The position numbers and the translations under genes are program-made. 62,428 nt of DNA from Syntrophomonadaceae bacterium. GTDB lineage: Bacteria > Bacillota > DSM-12270 > Thermacetogeniales > Thermacetogeniaceae. The notes beneath the pieces are model-generated. The model searched no databases. It was not told the DNA's origin and was given only the letters and a program-made list of their open reading frames with translations. The stretch covers positions 1 to 62,428 of the forward strand of contig DULM01000128.1 in the NCBI GenBank assembly GCA_012840405.1. Direction: 5' to 3'. Positions 9,012 to 17,796 of the stretch are shown here, piece after piece (position 1 is the first letter of the stretch; each line of letters opens with the position of its first letter).

Positions 9012-9965
9012 TCAGCTTTCAGAACCGTTTACCTGGGAAAGTTCCTCTAGCAGGGGTTCAATCTGGTCGGTATAAGGGATCCAATAGCTGATCCCATTTA
9101 TATACTTGGGGGTACCAGGTAGGGTTTTACACTCCATCTGAGAACTGCCCATCCCTTTGAAAGCCATGGCCAAATCCATCATTTGTACAGTGCTTAAATT
9201 GGTATCCACAGCACTCTGGCTTTCCCTGATCAATGCAGGTGTTTTGGCTAGATGGCGCAACTGCAGAGCCTCATCTACCAGAGCCCGCAAAAAGATCTGT
9301 TGGTGGTTAATCCGCTCAATATCAGCCATAGGATACCCACGGTAGCGAACAAAGCGCAGGGCCTCTTCCCCCTGCAAACGGTGAGTTCCCGGAGGGATGC
9401 CTAATCCTTTACTGGCTGCTTCATCAACCTCAACAGTAACACCACCCAGTGTATCAACTATTTTTACAAAGCCCTGCAGATCTGTTGCCAAATAGTATTT
9501 GATCTCCCGGTTCAATAACAGGCTGACAGCTTCTAAAGCTGCCTCCGGCCCCCCTGCGGCATAGGCGGAATTGATTTTATCTTTTCCACCGCGAGCCGGT
9601 ACCTCTGTATAAGTGTCCCTGGGTATGGACAGTAAATTAACTTTTTTGTCCCTGGTATTAAGAAAAGCAACAATCATTGTGTCGGACCTACCGGGCTCAT
9701 TCTCATTCTCCCGATCAATCCCCATCACCAACACAGGTAGCACTCCCCTGCTATCCTCAGCAGGGGTCAGCATATTCCTGAGCAACCCCCACAGCCCTGC
9801 TGTGATCACTGCTGCAGCCAGCAGAAAAAGCAGTATAAAAACTAGACAACCACAGCCAATAGGCCGCCGAGAACGGGACCGTTTCACCCTCCCGATCCTC
9901 GGCTCAGGCTGCAAGACATTGATCGCCTTCCATTCCCTAGTTTCTTCCCAATCCCTGTGATTCAA
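9012..9965 (-). CDS. LytR-CpsA-Psr (LCP) family cell-wall glycopolymer ligase
   Basis: TM anchor, then VLVMGIDREN...GRSDTMIVAFLN...NLLSIPRDTY and the downstream LCP core. Confidence 0.85.
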   Translation of the reverse strand: MNHRDWEETREWKAINVLQPEPRIGRVKRSRSRRPIGCGCLVFILLFLLAAAVITAGLWGLLRNMLTPAEDSRGVLPVLVMGIDRENENEPGRSDTMIVAFLNTRDKKVNLLSIPRDTYTEVPARGGKDKINSAYAAGGPEAALEAVSLLLNREIKYYLATDLQGFVKIVDTLGGVTVEVDEAASKGLGIPPGTHRLQGEEALRFVRYRGYPMADIERINHQQIFLRALVDEALQLRHLAKTPALIRESQSAVDTNLSTVQMMDLAMAFKGMGSSQMECKTLPGTPKYINGISYWIPYTDQIEPLLEELSQVNGSES

Positions 9966-10040
9966 AATACTCCTCTCCCTATTAACCTAATATTCGACAT
10001 TTTTTCTACACAATTAGGTCAAATACCTGCTTATTTAGTT

Positions 10041-10174
10041 GTTGGTGGTTAGTGGTTTGTGGGTTAATGACGCTGTCACTATTGACATCAAGCTTCTGGG
10101 TTTTAGTTTATTCCGACATCCGACCTCTGGCTTCCGACTTCTATTAATGGTTGGTGGTCAGTGGTTTGTGGGTT
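10041..10174. repeat. Composite intergenic repeat: 25-bp G/T-only direct repeats flanking a CCGAC-type core
   Basis: GTTGGTGGT(T/C)AGTGGTTTGTGGGTT occurs at 10041-10065 and 10150-10174 with one mismatch. The core contains TTCCGACATCCGACCTCTGGCTTCCGACTTC. Confidence 0.8.
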
Positions 10175-10182
10175 CTATTTTT

Positions 10183-11124
10183 TTATTCCCATATCTTCTC
10201 TATTTCCACATCCTTGAAATAATAGTGGATAATATCGGTATGAGTTTTTCCCTCTTTGGCCATATAATAAGCTCCCCATTGACTCATGCCTACACCGTGA
10301 CCAAAACCGCGTCCAGCCATCTGCAGTGTGCCTCCCTCTACAGCAATGCGATCAAGGAGAGTTGAGCGCATGCGCTCAGGCCCCAGTCCCAACCGCAGTG
10401 CAGGTCCGCTGATCTCCACATTACCCAAGCGTACGGTCATTGCCCGGCCAGAGGGACCTTTTTTGACAATGGATACACTGCTAATCTGGCCCGGGTCCTT
10501 GCCAGCCTGCTTGATCACTGCTGAGCGCACCTCATCCAAGGTAAATGTGGCCGTCCACTCTTGATCATCGGGGTCAGCCACCTTCTGCCCCGGATCAGTT
10601 ACACTCTGTATATAGGGAGTCGCTTCTTTTTTGAAGGCTAACCCTTCTTCTGCAGTCGCTGTTTTTCCCCCTGCATTGGAGTGGAACCAGGCCCTGATAT
10701 ATTTGCCCTTGTACTTGATCACTTCACCCCTGGTTCTTTTTACTGCTTCCCGCACACGGGGGGTAATGCGGCTGGGGTCATAAGCCTGGAACTCCTCTGT
10801 ACTGGTAGATGCATCTGCTCCCCGCTGGGGAACACCTTTTTCATACTTAATTTTGTGTAGGGTAAAGGTGCGTGCCAGGATAGATTGAGCAGCCAGAGCC
10901 TCTACAGGCCAGGATGGTTCCATTTCTGCTGCCACTACCCCAGCAATATATTCCTCCATCTTAATCCTCTTTTTTTCTCCAGTATTGTTGTCGTATAAGG
11001 TTATTTCTGGTTCTTGATAGCGATACTCTTTAACCGGTTTTTTTTCAGGTTCTCTGCACCCACCGGGGATGAACAGAGTTATCAGCAACAATGTAAGCAA
11101 AAAGCAGAAAAATGGCCTTTTCAT
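10183..11124 (-). CDS. spoIID: Stage II sporulation protein D (lytic transglycosylase)
   Basis: SpoIID/LytB domain: EALAAQSILARTF...FHSNAGGKTATAEE...GFGHGVGMSQWGA. Signal/anchor at the N-terminus. Confidence 0.9.
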   Translation of the reverse strand: MKRPFFCFLLTLLLITLFIPGGCREPEKKPVKEYRYQEPEITLYDNNTGEKKRIKMEEYIAGVVAAEMEPSWPVEALAAQSILARTFTLHKIKYEKGVPQRGADASTSTEEFQAYDPSRITPRVREAVKRTRGEVIKYKGKYIRAWFHSNAGGKTATAEEGLAFKKEATPYIQSVTDPGQKVADPDDQEWTATFTLDEVRSAVIKQAGKDPGQISSVSIVKKGPSGRAMTVRLGNVEISGPALRLGLGPERMRSTLLDRIAVEGGTLQMAGRGFGHGVGMSQWGAYYMAKEGKTHTDIIHYYFKDVEIEKIWE

Positions 11125-11179
11125 AATTAATATTCCCCCTGCTCTTCTTTTGTGGTCCTAGTATGAACAGGGGGGAATT

Positions 11180-11208
11180 ATTGTATGCGTAGACACACTC
11201 CCATGAAC
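11180..11208 (-). promoter_or_regulatory. Putative sigma-E-type promoter of spoIID
   Basis: Minus strand reads GTTCATGG-N13-CATACAAT. The -10 matches the B. subtilis sigma-E CATACA-T consensus and spoIID is sigma-E-dependent in Bacillus. The -35 match is weaker. Confidence 0.35.
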
Positions 11209-11219
11209 ACCTAATAACT

Positions 11220-11489
11220 TTACTCCTCTGTTCTGATGGTTGTTTCCTCCAAAAGTTGATAAAGGGTTTTCGCCTGAGCTGCGGGAACATTGCGTAGGGG
11301 TACCTGCACCACCTTAACCTTAGTCAGCCTATTTCCCCAGGTCAGTGTAATTTCATCCCCCTCTTTTACTTCACTCCCTGCTTTGGCGATTTTACCATTG
11401 ATCTGGACCCGTCCCGCCAAACAGGCTTCTTTAGCGCTGGTGCGCCTTTTGATCAAACGGCTCAGCTGTAAATATTTATCCAGTCGCAC
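11220..11489 (-). CDS. S4-domain RNA-binding protein (YabO family)
   Basis: MRLDKYLQLSRLIKRRTSAKEACLAGRVQINGKIAKAGSEVKEGDEITL is a canonical S4 fold opening. Same backbone position as B. subtilis yabO. Confidence 0.8.
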   Translation of the reverse strand: MRLDKYLQLSRLIKRRTSAKEACLAGRVQINGKIAKAGSEVKEGDEITLTWGNRLTKVKVVQVPLRNVPAAQAKTLYQLLEETTIRTEE

Positions 11490-11855
11490 ACTGTTACCCC
11501 TTTCATTTTTATCCCTTTTAAACTTAGCTCAACCGTAGCCCGAGTTGCTTTTGCCATAAAAATGGCAATAGCTCTTTAGATAGGGCAATCAACTGGTTAT
11601 ATGCTCTCCCTAATGTTTATTAAGCCGATAGGCTTTTAATCGGGTTTCAATTGATAAAGCTTATTTTATCTGTTTTTCAACTACAGTAAATTATACCATG
11701 ATTGCGCACCTAGTATCAGGTCCATAGCTTAATCCCACCATCAAAAGAGCAGGTCAATAAAAATGGGGGTGAGATGCCAGAAAACAATAAAACTGAATGG
11801 GTGACTTACTGATCTAAAACGAGCTTGGAGGAAATGGAGGTCAGGCGTGATTCGC

Positions 11856-12125
11856 TGCTTTAAATAAGGCAAAAAGGCAAGCCTGGCGGGAATAGATGCC
11901 AGAAGCCGGAAGTCTGAGGTTAGAGAAAAGATACGTATAGTCGTCGGATCTGCCGCGGAACAATCCACATGGCTAGTTAGCTGCCAAAGGTCAGATGTCT
12001 GAAAAGAGATCGGTTGCTAAATAAAGCAAAAAGGCAAGCCCGGCTAGTTGGTGGTTGGTTGTTGGAGAATAGTGGATCAGCGACCAACGACGAACGACCA
12101 ACCACTAATATTCCAACGACTAATT
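11856..12125. repeat. Composite intergenic repeat locus (30-bp direct repeat, GGAAGTC-type units, G/T-rich vs A/C-rich inverted arms)
   Basis: TGCT(T)TAAATAA(G/A)GCAAAAAGGCAAGCC(T/C)GGC occurs at 11856-11887 and 12015-12044. AGCCGGAAGTCTGAGGTTAGAG is also present. TAGTTGGTGGTTGGTTGTTGG faces CCAACGACGAACGACCAACCACTA as an imperfect hairpin. Confidence 0.75.
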
Positions 12126-12234
12126 TTGGGCACCGCTCGGGAGGAAAAACATCAAGCCTGTATCATAGCAGTGACTGCTCCACAGGCGTTAAATGTATTA
12201 TCCTTTCTTCTGCTTGAAACAGGGGAAAGGTTCC

Positions 12235-12507
12235 TTAACTAACTGAATCTTTTAGAGCTTTTCCAGCTCTGAAAGCCGGCACCCGGGAGGCAGCGATCTG
12301 GATCTCTTCACCGGTCTGAGGGTTGCGACCTGTACGGGCTGCCCTTTCCCTGACTTCAAATGTACCAAAGCCTACCAACTGTACCTTATCACCTTTAGCC
12401 AGCGCTTCTTCAATAGATGCAAGTACAGCATTTACAGCTTTTTCCGCATCCTTTTTGGGCATTCCCGCTTTTTCCGCCACACTGCCAATCAGTTCTGCCT
12501 TGTTCAA
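12235..12507 (-). CDS. hup: DNA-binding protein HU
   Basis: [72 protein letters not shown] start with an AGGAGG RBS. Confidence 0.95.
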   Translation of the reverse strand: MNKAELIGSVAEKAGMPKKDAEKAVNAVLASIEEALAKGDKVQLVGFGTFEVRERAARTGRNPQTGEEIQIAASRVPAFRAGKALKDSVS

Positions 12508-12601
12508 GTAGATCCCTCCTAAAAAGAAATTTCTGGTTCGGCTACCTAATTCGCCGAAAGCCTTGAAACTCCTGCTTATCCATGATTATTTTACAAAAAA
12601 A

Positions 12602-14125
12602 TTATCGATTTTTCTCTTCACTTGCTTTAACTTCATCCCAGATCCCGTCAAGTTCTGCCAGCGATAGGTCTTGCAAGCGCAATCCCCGCTCTGCTGCCTT
12701 CCTTTCCATAGCGCAAAACCTCTGGGAAAATTTGTCCACTGCTTGGCGCAGGGTTTCTTCTGCATCGATACCCAGCAACCGGCATGTGTTTACTGCAGCA
12801 AACAGGAAATCTCCCAATTCACTCTGTAGGGCTTGTCTATCCCCTCTCTCCCATGCCTCTTTGACTTCTTTCCACTCCTCTTCCACCTTCAGTGCTGCGC
12901 CTTCTGCTTCAGGCCAGTCAAATCCCACCAAAGCTGCCTTCCCCTGTACCTTTTGGGCTCTTTGTAATGCCGGCAGATAGCGGGGAACCCCTGCCAACAT
13001 AGATTTTGGCTCCCCTTCCTCCTGTTTGATGGACTCCCAGTTCTTTAATACCTCAGCAGCACTATTAACCCTTGTATCACCAAAAACATGGGGATGCCGG
13101 CGGATCATTTTCTCAGTGATCCCGGAAATCACATCAGATATGGTAAACTTACCGGAACGCTCTGCCAGTGCTGCATGAAAGATTATTTGTAATAATAAGT
13201 CTCCCAATTCTTCACAGAGTTTATGCATATTCCCTTCATCTATGGCATCAAGCACCTCATAGCTTTCCTCTATCAGGTATTTTTTCAAAGTCTGATGGGT
13301 CTGCTTGCGGTCCCAGGGACAGCCTTCAGGGCTGAGCAGGCTGTCCATCACCTCCACCAGGGGATCCAAAGGATATTGAGCCAATTGTTCGGGCTCGTTT
13401 TGGACCGCATCCCCAGTCAAGTCCACTGGGACAGCGCCCCCTGTCAAGGGGGGCACATAAAGGCTGGTTAAGTGATCTACTTCCTGCCGGTCCAGTTCAT
13501 AGAGAGGGATGGTCAGCACCTTCTCACTCCCCCTGACCCCTGCAGCCCGCACCAGCATAATCTGGTGGTCATCAGGGTAGCTCTCCATCAGGGTTAATTT
13601 AACCTCTGATGCCAGGGCAGGGCTGTAGAGTTGCATAATGATCAAGCCTGTCCCAGGCAGCAAGCCCTGATCAAAACCACCGCAAAAGGAAAAACTGTCA
13701 GCGATGAGCAAGCCCTCAGCAGGGTCGATCCCCAGCAGGGGATAAAGGGATTCTAAAAAAGAAGGGGCTGGCAGTATCTCCAGCCGTATATTTTTTTGGG
13801 GCGCACTTTCCCGCAGCAGACGGACAACGGTCTCCCCTACTAGAGGGCTGCCGGGAACTGCAAAAACCACAACCCCCTCCTGTTGGCATCTATCAAGGAG
13901 AAAACAGGTCATAGCCTGATAAAGCTCTTCAAAGGTCTCATACTCCTCATAAAAATGATCCAGAGGATGAAGGGAGATCCCTTCCCTTTTCAGGTATTCC
14001 ACAACAGGATGCCTCTCTGTGCGCAAATAAACAGGATAACTGCGCAGCAGGCTCAAGTTCCTGGCTGGCAGGTCTAAAATATCACCTGGCCCCAACCCTA
14101 AAACATAAATAACATTGGATGGCAT
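12602..14125 (-). CDS. mazG: YabN/MazG bifunctional protein (tetrapyrrole-methylase-like N-domain + MazG NTP pyrophosphohydrolase)
   Basis: N-terminus VIYVLGLGPGD. C-terminal half CPWDRKQTHQTLKKYLIEESYEVLDAI...EELGDLLLQI and a second EELGDFLF MazG repeat. Confidence 0.9.
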   Translation of the reverse strand: MPSNVIYVLGLGPGDILDLPARNLSLLRSYPVYLRTERHPVVEYLKREGISLHPLDHFYEEYETFEELYQAMTCFLLDRCQQEGVVVFAVPGSPLVGETVVRLLRESAPQKNIRLEILPAPSFLESLYPLLGIDPAEGLLIADSFSFCGGFDQGLLPGTGLIIMQLYSPALASEVKLTLMESYPDDHQIMLVRAAGVRGSEKVLTIPLYELDRQEVDHLTSLYVPPLTGGAVPVDLTGDAVQNEPEQLAQYPLDPLVEVMDSLLSPEGCPWDRKQTHQTLKKYLIEESYEVLDAIDEGNMHKLCEELGDLLLQIIFHAALAERSGKFTISDVISGITEKMIRRHPHVFGDTRVNSAAEVLKNWESIKQEEGEPKSMLAGVPRYLPALQRAQKVQGKAALVGFDWPEAEGAALKVEEEWKEVKEAWERGDRQALQSELGDFLFAAVNTCRLLGIDAEETLRQAVDKFSQRFCAMERKAAERGLRLQDLSLAELDGIWDEVKASEEKNR

Positions 14126-14144
14126 AACTGATCTGACTCCTTTT

Positions 14145-15677
14145 CTATTTCCTGAAAAAATAGCGCATCTTCAAAACCCTTATCTCCCCGGTTACCAAAA
14201 GGGTAGCAAAATAGACAGCAGCACCAAGAATAATAGTCAGCCCCGTAGCAGCCAGACTGCCCCAGGGAATAAGCAAATTATAGGCTGCCGGGATAATGAT
14301 CACCATTATTGTAACAGCCAGGAGGGGCCGGAGCAAGCAGCCCAAGGGAAAGCGGTAATGAGTCAGCCGAATGATACATAACAGATTGAGCAGGAACACC
14401 AAACAAAAACTGAGGGTGCTCCCCAGTGCTGCCCCTCTAATCCCCAAGCCCGGAATGACAGTCAGATAATAATTGCAGAGCCCTTTCAGCATACAGCCCA
14501 CTAAAAGGTTAACAACCGGCAGCCAGGTGTTCCCCAATCCCTGAAGAACCCCTGCAGTGGTCTGCTGCAGTCCGGTGAACAGGGCTGCAGGGGCCAGCCA
14601 GGCAGTAACCGGCCCTGCTCCAGGGTCATCGAACAAGAGATCCATAATCGGTGCAGCTAGCATGATCAGACCTGCTGCTGCAGGAAGGCAGATGATGATT
14701 GTGATCCGCAAGGCGGAATTGATTCTTCGGTTTACTTCTACGAGATTGCTGCGGTAAGATGCCAGATGGGGAACCAGAGACATGGCAATAGATACTGTAA
14801 AAACTGCAGGGAGAAAGACAACAGTCCCAGCCATCCCTGACAGTTGGCCAAACTGAGAGGTGGCTTCCTGTATGGTCAGCCCTACCGCCTGTAAGCGCTG
14901 GGGGATGATCACAGTATCGATCACCTGTGCCAAAGGGAGAACCAGTGAACCTGCTGAGATGGGAAAGGCATAAAGGATCAGCTTTTTTAAGATGTTTATT
15001 TTTTCCCCCAACTGAAGGCGCCGCCTGTCAGGCTGCACATCTTTCCCCTTGAAAAACATGAGCACCAAAAGGAGAAAGAAAAGGCCTGCACAGCCTCCTG
15101 TAAAGGTTCCAAAAGCAGCGCCTGCCGCCGCATACTCAACACCCCTAGGGAGCAAGAGCCAGGCAGCTCCAAGGACAGTTGCCACCCGAATCAGCTGCTC
15201 TACCACTTCGGAAATGGCTGTAGGCCACATCAAGCGGCAGCCCTGAAAGTAGCCGCGAAAAGCAGATGTCACAGAAATGACAAACACCGCAGGAGCAACA
15301 GCTATCAAGGGATAATAGGCTCTGCTATCACCCAAGACCTCCCGGGCTAGATAAGGGGAAATAAGAAAGAGAGCAAGAGACATCAAGGCTCCTGTAAAAA
15401 ACAGAAAAACAAAAGAAAGGGAAAATACCCCCCAGGCTCCCCGGTAGTCACCCATAGCTCTCTTTTCTGCCACCATAAAGGAAACAGCAACAGGTATCCC
15501 TGCTGTCGATACAGCCAAGAGAGTGGTATAAATGGGATAGGCCATCTGATAAAGGCCTATACCCTCACTGCCTACCAATCGGGTGAAGGGAATGCGGTAA
15601 AAAGCGCCCAACAGCTTAACAATTAGGCCCGCAACAGTTAAGACAGCCGCCCCACGTAAAAAAGATTCCGGTTTCAT
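14145..15677 (-). CDS. MOP-superfamily flippase (YabM/SpoVB/MurJ-like polysaccharide biosynthesis protein)
   Basis: About 14 TM segments. N-terminus FLRGAAVLTVAGLIVKLLGAFYRIPFTRLVGSEGIGLYQMAYPIY is typical of the family. Occupies the yabM position. Start set at MKPESF (AGGGGG RBS). Confidence 0.8.
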   Translation of the reverse strand: MKPESFLRGAAVLTVAGLIVKLLGAFYRIPFTRLVGSEGIGLYQMAYPIYTTLLAVSTAGIPVAVSFMVAEKRAMGDYRGAWGVFSLSFVFLFFTGALMSLALFLISPYLAREVLGDSRAYYPLIAVAPAVFVISVTSAFRGYFQGCRLMWPTAISEVVEQLIRVATVLGAAWLLLPRGVEYAAAGAAFGTFTGGCAGLFFLLLVLMFFKGKDVQPDRRRLQLGEKINILKKLILYAFPISAGSLVLPLAQVIDTVIIPQRLQAVGLTIQEATSQFGQLSGMAGTVVFLPAVFTVSIAMSLVPHLASYRSNLVEVNRRINSALRITIIICLPAAAGLIMLAAPIMDLLFDDPGAGPVTAWLAPAALFTGLQQTTAGVLQGLGNTWLPVVNLLVGCMLKGLCNYYLTVIPGLGIRGAALGSTLSFCLVFLLNLLCIIRLTHYRFPLGCLLRPLLAVTIMVIIIPAAYNLLIPWGSLAATGLTIILGAAVYFATLLVTGEIRVLKMRYFFRK

Positions 15678-15762
15678 CTCCAGCCCCCTGTTTGTCCTGC
15701 TTGCTATCATTAGATGTTACGAAACAAGGAGTGATGATATACCGGAATAAGTTTATTTTGTC

Positions 15763-15791
15763 TAAAAAAATTTAAGGCGGCTGACGCCACC
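15763..15791 (-). terminator. Rho-independent terminator after spoVT
   Basis: Minus strand reads GGTGGC-GTCA-GCCGCC followed by TTAAATTTTTTT, 10 nt after the stop. Confidence 0.5.
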
Positions 15792-15800
15792 TATTAACTG

Positions 15801-16364
15801 CTACTGTTCCATCTGTTTGGCCAGGAAGCCTGCGGCAGTTTCAGCCAACTTCATCTCTAATTCTCCCATGCGCACATTTGGCTCTTTGGAGCAAAGGATT
15901 ACCGCACCAATCGGGTCGCCTTCAGCAATGATGGGAGCGATCACTTCACTGGAGTATTTGCACTCTTCTTCTTCATCAGCGGTCAGGCAGATATTGCAAA
16001 CAGCGTGTTCTCCTGCTTTGGCAATCAGTACTGGTTTCCTTTCCTCCATCACCTGTTCCACCGCAGGCCCTATGGGTTTATTCAAAAACTCCTTCTTAGG
16101 TGCACCTGCTACCGCAATGATGTTATCACGGTCGGCGATACAGGCGATATGGCCAATTGCTTCATGCAGAGAATCAGCATATTCCTTGGCGAAATCACCC
16201 AATTCATTGATGGGTGAGTATTTCTTAAGAATTACCTCTCCTTCCCGGTCTACAAAGATTTCGAGGGGATCCCCCTCCCGAATTCGTAGGGTCCGGCGAA
16301 TCTCTTTCGGAATTACAACACGACCTAGATCATCAATGCGACGAACAATGCCTGTAGCCTTCAA
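15801..16364 (-). CDS. spoVT: Stage V sporulation protein T (AbrB-family regulator with GAF-like C-domain)
   Basis: MKATGIVRRIDDLGRVVIPKEIRRTLRIREGDPLEIFVDREGEVILKKYSP plus a C-domain of about 130 aa. TTG start with an AAAGGGGGG RBS. Confidence 0.9.
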   Translation of the reverse strand: MKATGIVRRIDDLGRVVIPKEIRRTLRIREGDPLEIFVDREGEVILKKYSPINELGDFAKEYADSLHEAIGHIACIADRDNIIAVAGAPKKEFLNKPIGPAVEQVMEERKPVLIAKAGEHAVCNICLTADEEEECKYSSEVIAPIIAEGDPIGAVILCSKEPNVRMGELEMKLAETAAGFLAKQMEQ

Positions 16365-16397
16365 GTTCTATCCCCCCTTTATAAGAATCTTCAGGAA

Positions 16398-16428
16398 TAG
16401 TATATAACCAAATTGGGGGATTTATTCA
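16398..16428 (-). promoter_or_regulatory. Putative forespore (sigma-G/sigma-F-type) promoter of spoVT
   Basis: Minus strand reads TGAATA-N18-TATACTA, close to the B. subtilis sigma-G consensus (GnATA...CATAnTA). Confidence 0.4.
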
Positions 16429-16524
16429 TTTTTTTCCATGCTTAAGTTGATAATTTTAACCTTTCCACCCTCCAACTGGTGATCAAGCCAAAAGGTAAAC
16501 ACAGAGGTAAAAATAATTATTTTA

Positions 16525-17517
16525 TTAACCCTCATAATCAGGGTGCCAGAAAAGCCGGCAGTTCATTCTCAGTTTTTCTTGATATTCTCTAAACTTCTCC
16601 TGCTTTTTCTGAGCAAGCAACTGCTGGGAAAGGCTATCCTTCACCTCATCATAACTGGCAGTCCCAGCAGCCTTTTTATCAAAACAGCAGATCACATGAT
16701 AGCCGAATTCAGTTTTCACCGGCTCCTGACTGAACTCACCGGGAGAAAGAGCAAAGGCAGCATTTTTAAACTCCTCAGCAATGCTAGTATCATCTTTGCT
16801 GATATATCCTAAAATTCCCTTATTCTGTTTGGCTGAGGGGTCAATAGATTTCTGTTCAGCCAGCAGCTCAAAATCGGTTCCTTTTTTGAGTTGAGCAATA
16901 ACCTCCCTGGCCTCTTCCTCTGTTTCCAGCAGTATATGGCCTACCTTTGCCCGCTCAGGCATAACCAGCATATCCTTATATTGCTGGTAAGCCTCCTGGA
17001 TTAATTTCTCCTCAACGGTCACATCCTTTGTTATGTGATCCTGCAGTTTATCGATCATCATCAATTTCTTAAGTGTTTCCCTGTACTGATCTTCGGTCAT
17101 TCCCTCTTCTTTCAGGATCTGCTGGAATTTCTCATCTCCTCCCGCCTGCATCTGATCCAGCAATAACTGCTGATCGATCTCATCTTCACTGACCTGGAGG
17201 CCACAGCTGACCGCTGCCTGCTGTAGCAAAGCATAATCGATCAACTGGTATAAGGTCTGCTGCCGCAGCTGTTTTTTCAGCACTTCACCTTCATCACCCT
17301 GGAAATCAACACCATAGTAGGTCTCAAAAAACTTCTCTGCCAAGGCTGTTTCTCTATCCAGTTCTGCCTTTGATATTTTTACGCCGTTGACCTGGACGAT
17401 CCAGTCACCGCTGTATACCCGCCAGGCCCAAATACCCCCCACAGCAATGATGAGAATGAACACCAGTATCTGGGGCAGATATGAAATAAAATTTCTTTTC
17501 TTTGCTGCTGTTTCCAA
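16525..17517 (-). CDS. PrsA/SurA-like peptidyl-prolyl isomerase (parvulin PPIC domain), membrane anchored
   Basis: N-terminal TM, SurA_N-like chaperone region, parvulin core VGHILLETEEEAREV...EFGYHVI. Confidence 0.8.
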   Translation of the reverse strand: METAAKKRNFISYLPQILVFILIIAVGGIWAWRVYSGDWIVQVNGVKISKAELDRETALAEKFFETYYGVDFQGDEGEVLKKQLRQQTLYQLIDYALLQQAAVSCGLQVSEDEIDQQLLLDQMQAGGDEKFQQILKEEGMTEDQYRETLKKLMMIDKLQDHITKDVTVEEKLIQEAYQQYKDMLVMPERAKVGHILLETEEEAREVIAQLKKGTDFELLAEQKSIDPSAKQNKGILGYISKDDTSIAEEFKNAAFALSPGEFSQEPVKTEFGYHVICCFDKKAAGTASYDEVKDSLSQQLLAQKKQEKFREYQEKLRMNCRLFWHPDYEG

Positions 17518-17796
17518 TAACTTTCCTCCTCAAAAAAATAACTTAAAAAACTTAAAAAGTATTTTTAAAAAAATGATTTAAAAATAATAAAAAAAATAAT
17601 AGCCTTAAAAGAATGTTTTCAGGGACTGCCCCATAACAGCCCCCCCTCTCCCGCTTATTCTCATCTGAATAAGCTGATCAGCATCTTTTTAGCAGTTGCG
17701 GATCATTTAAAGACCTTCGCCACTCCCTACAAATCTCCTGCTGCCGAAAAGTGTTAAAGAACCGGGATTGACCCCTTATAGTGAGCGAAAAAGCTG

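Noticed and set aside
11741-12242. Short ORFs (75, 67, 64 aa) in the yabO-hup intergenic region
   Set aside because: They run through the low-complexity repeat modules, lack RBSs, and their sequences simply mirror the repeat units.
15817-16407. 196-aa plus-strand ORF
   Set aside because: It is fully antisense to spoVT, which has unmistakable homology. The ORF has an Ala/Ser/Arg-rich composition typical of antisense frames.
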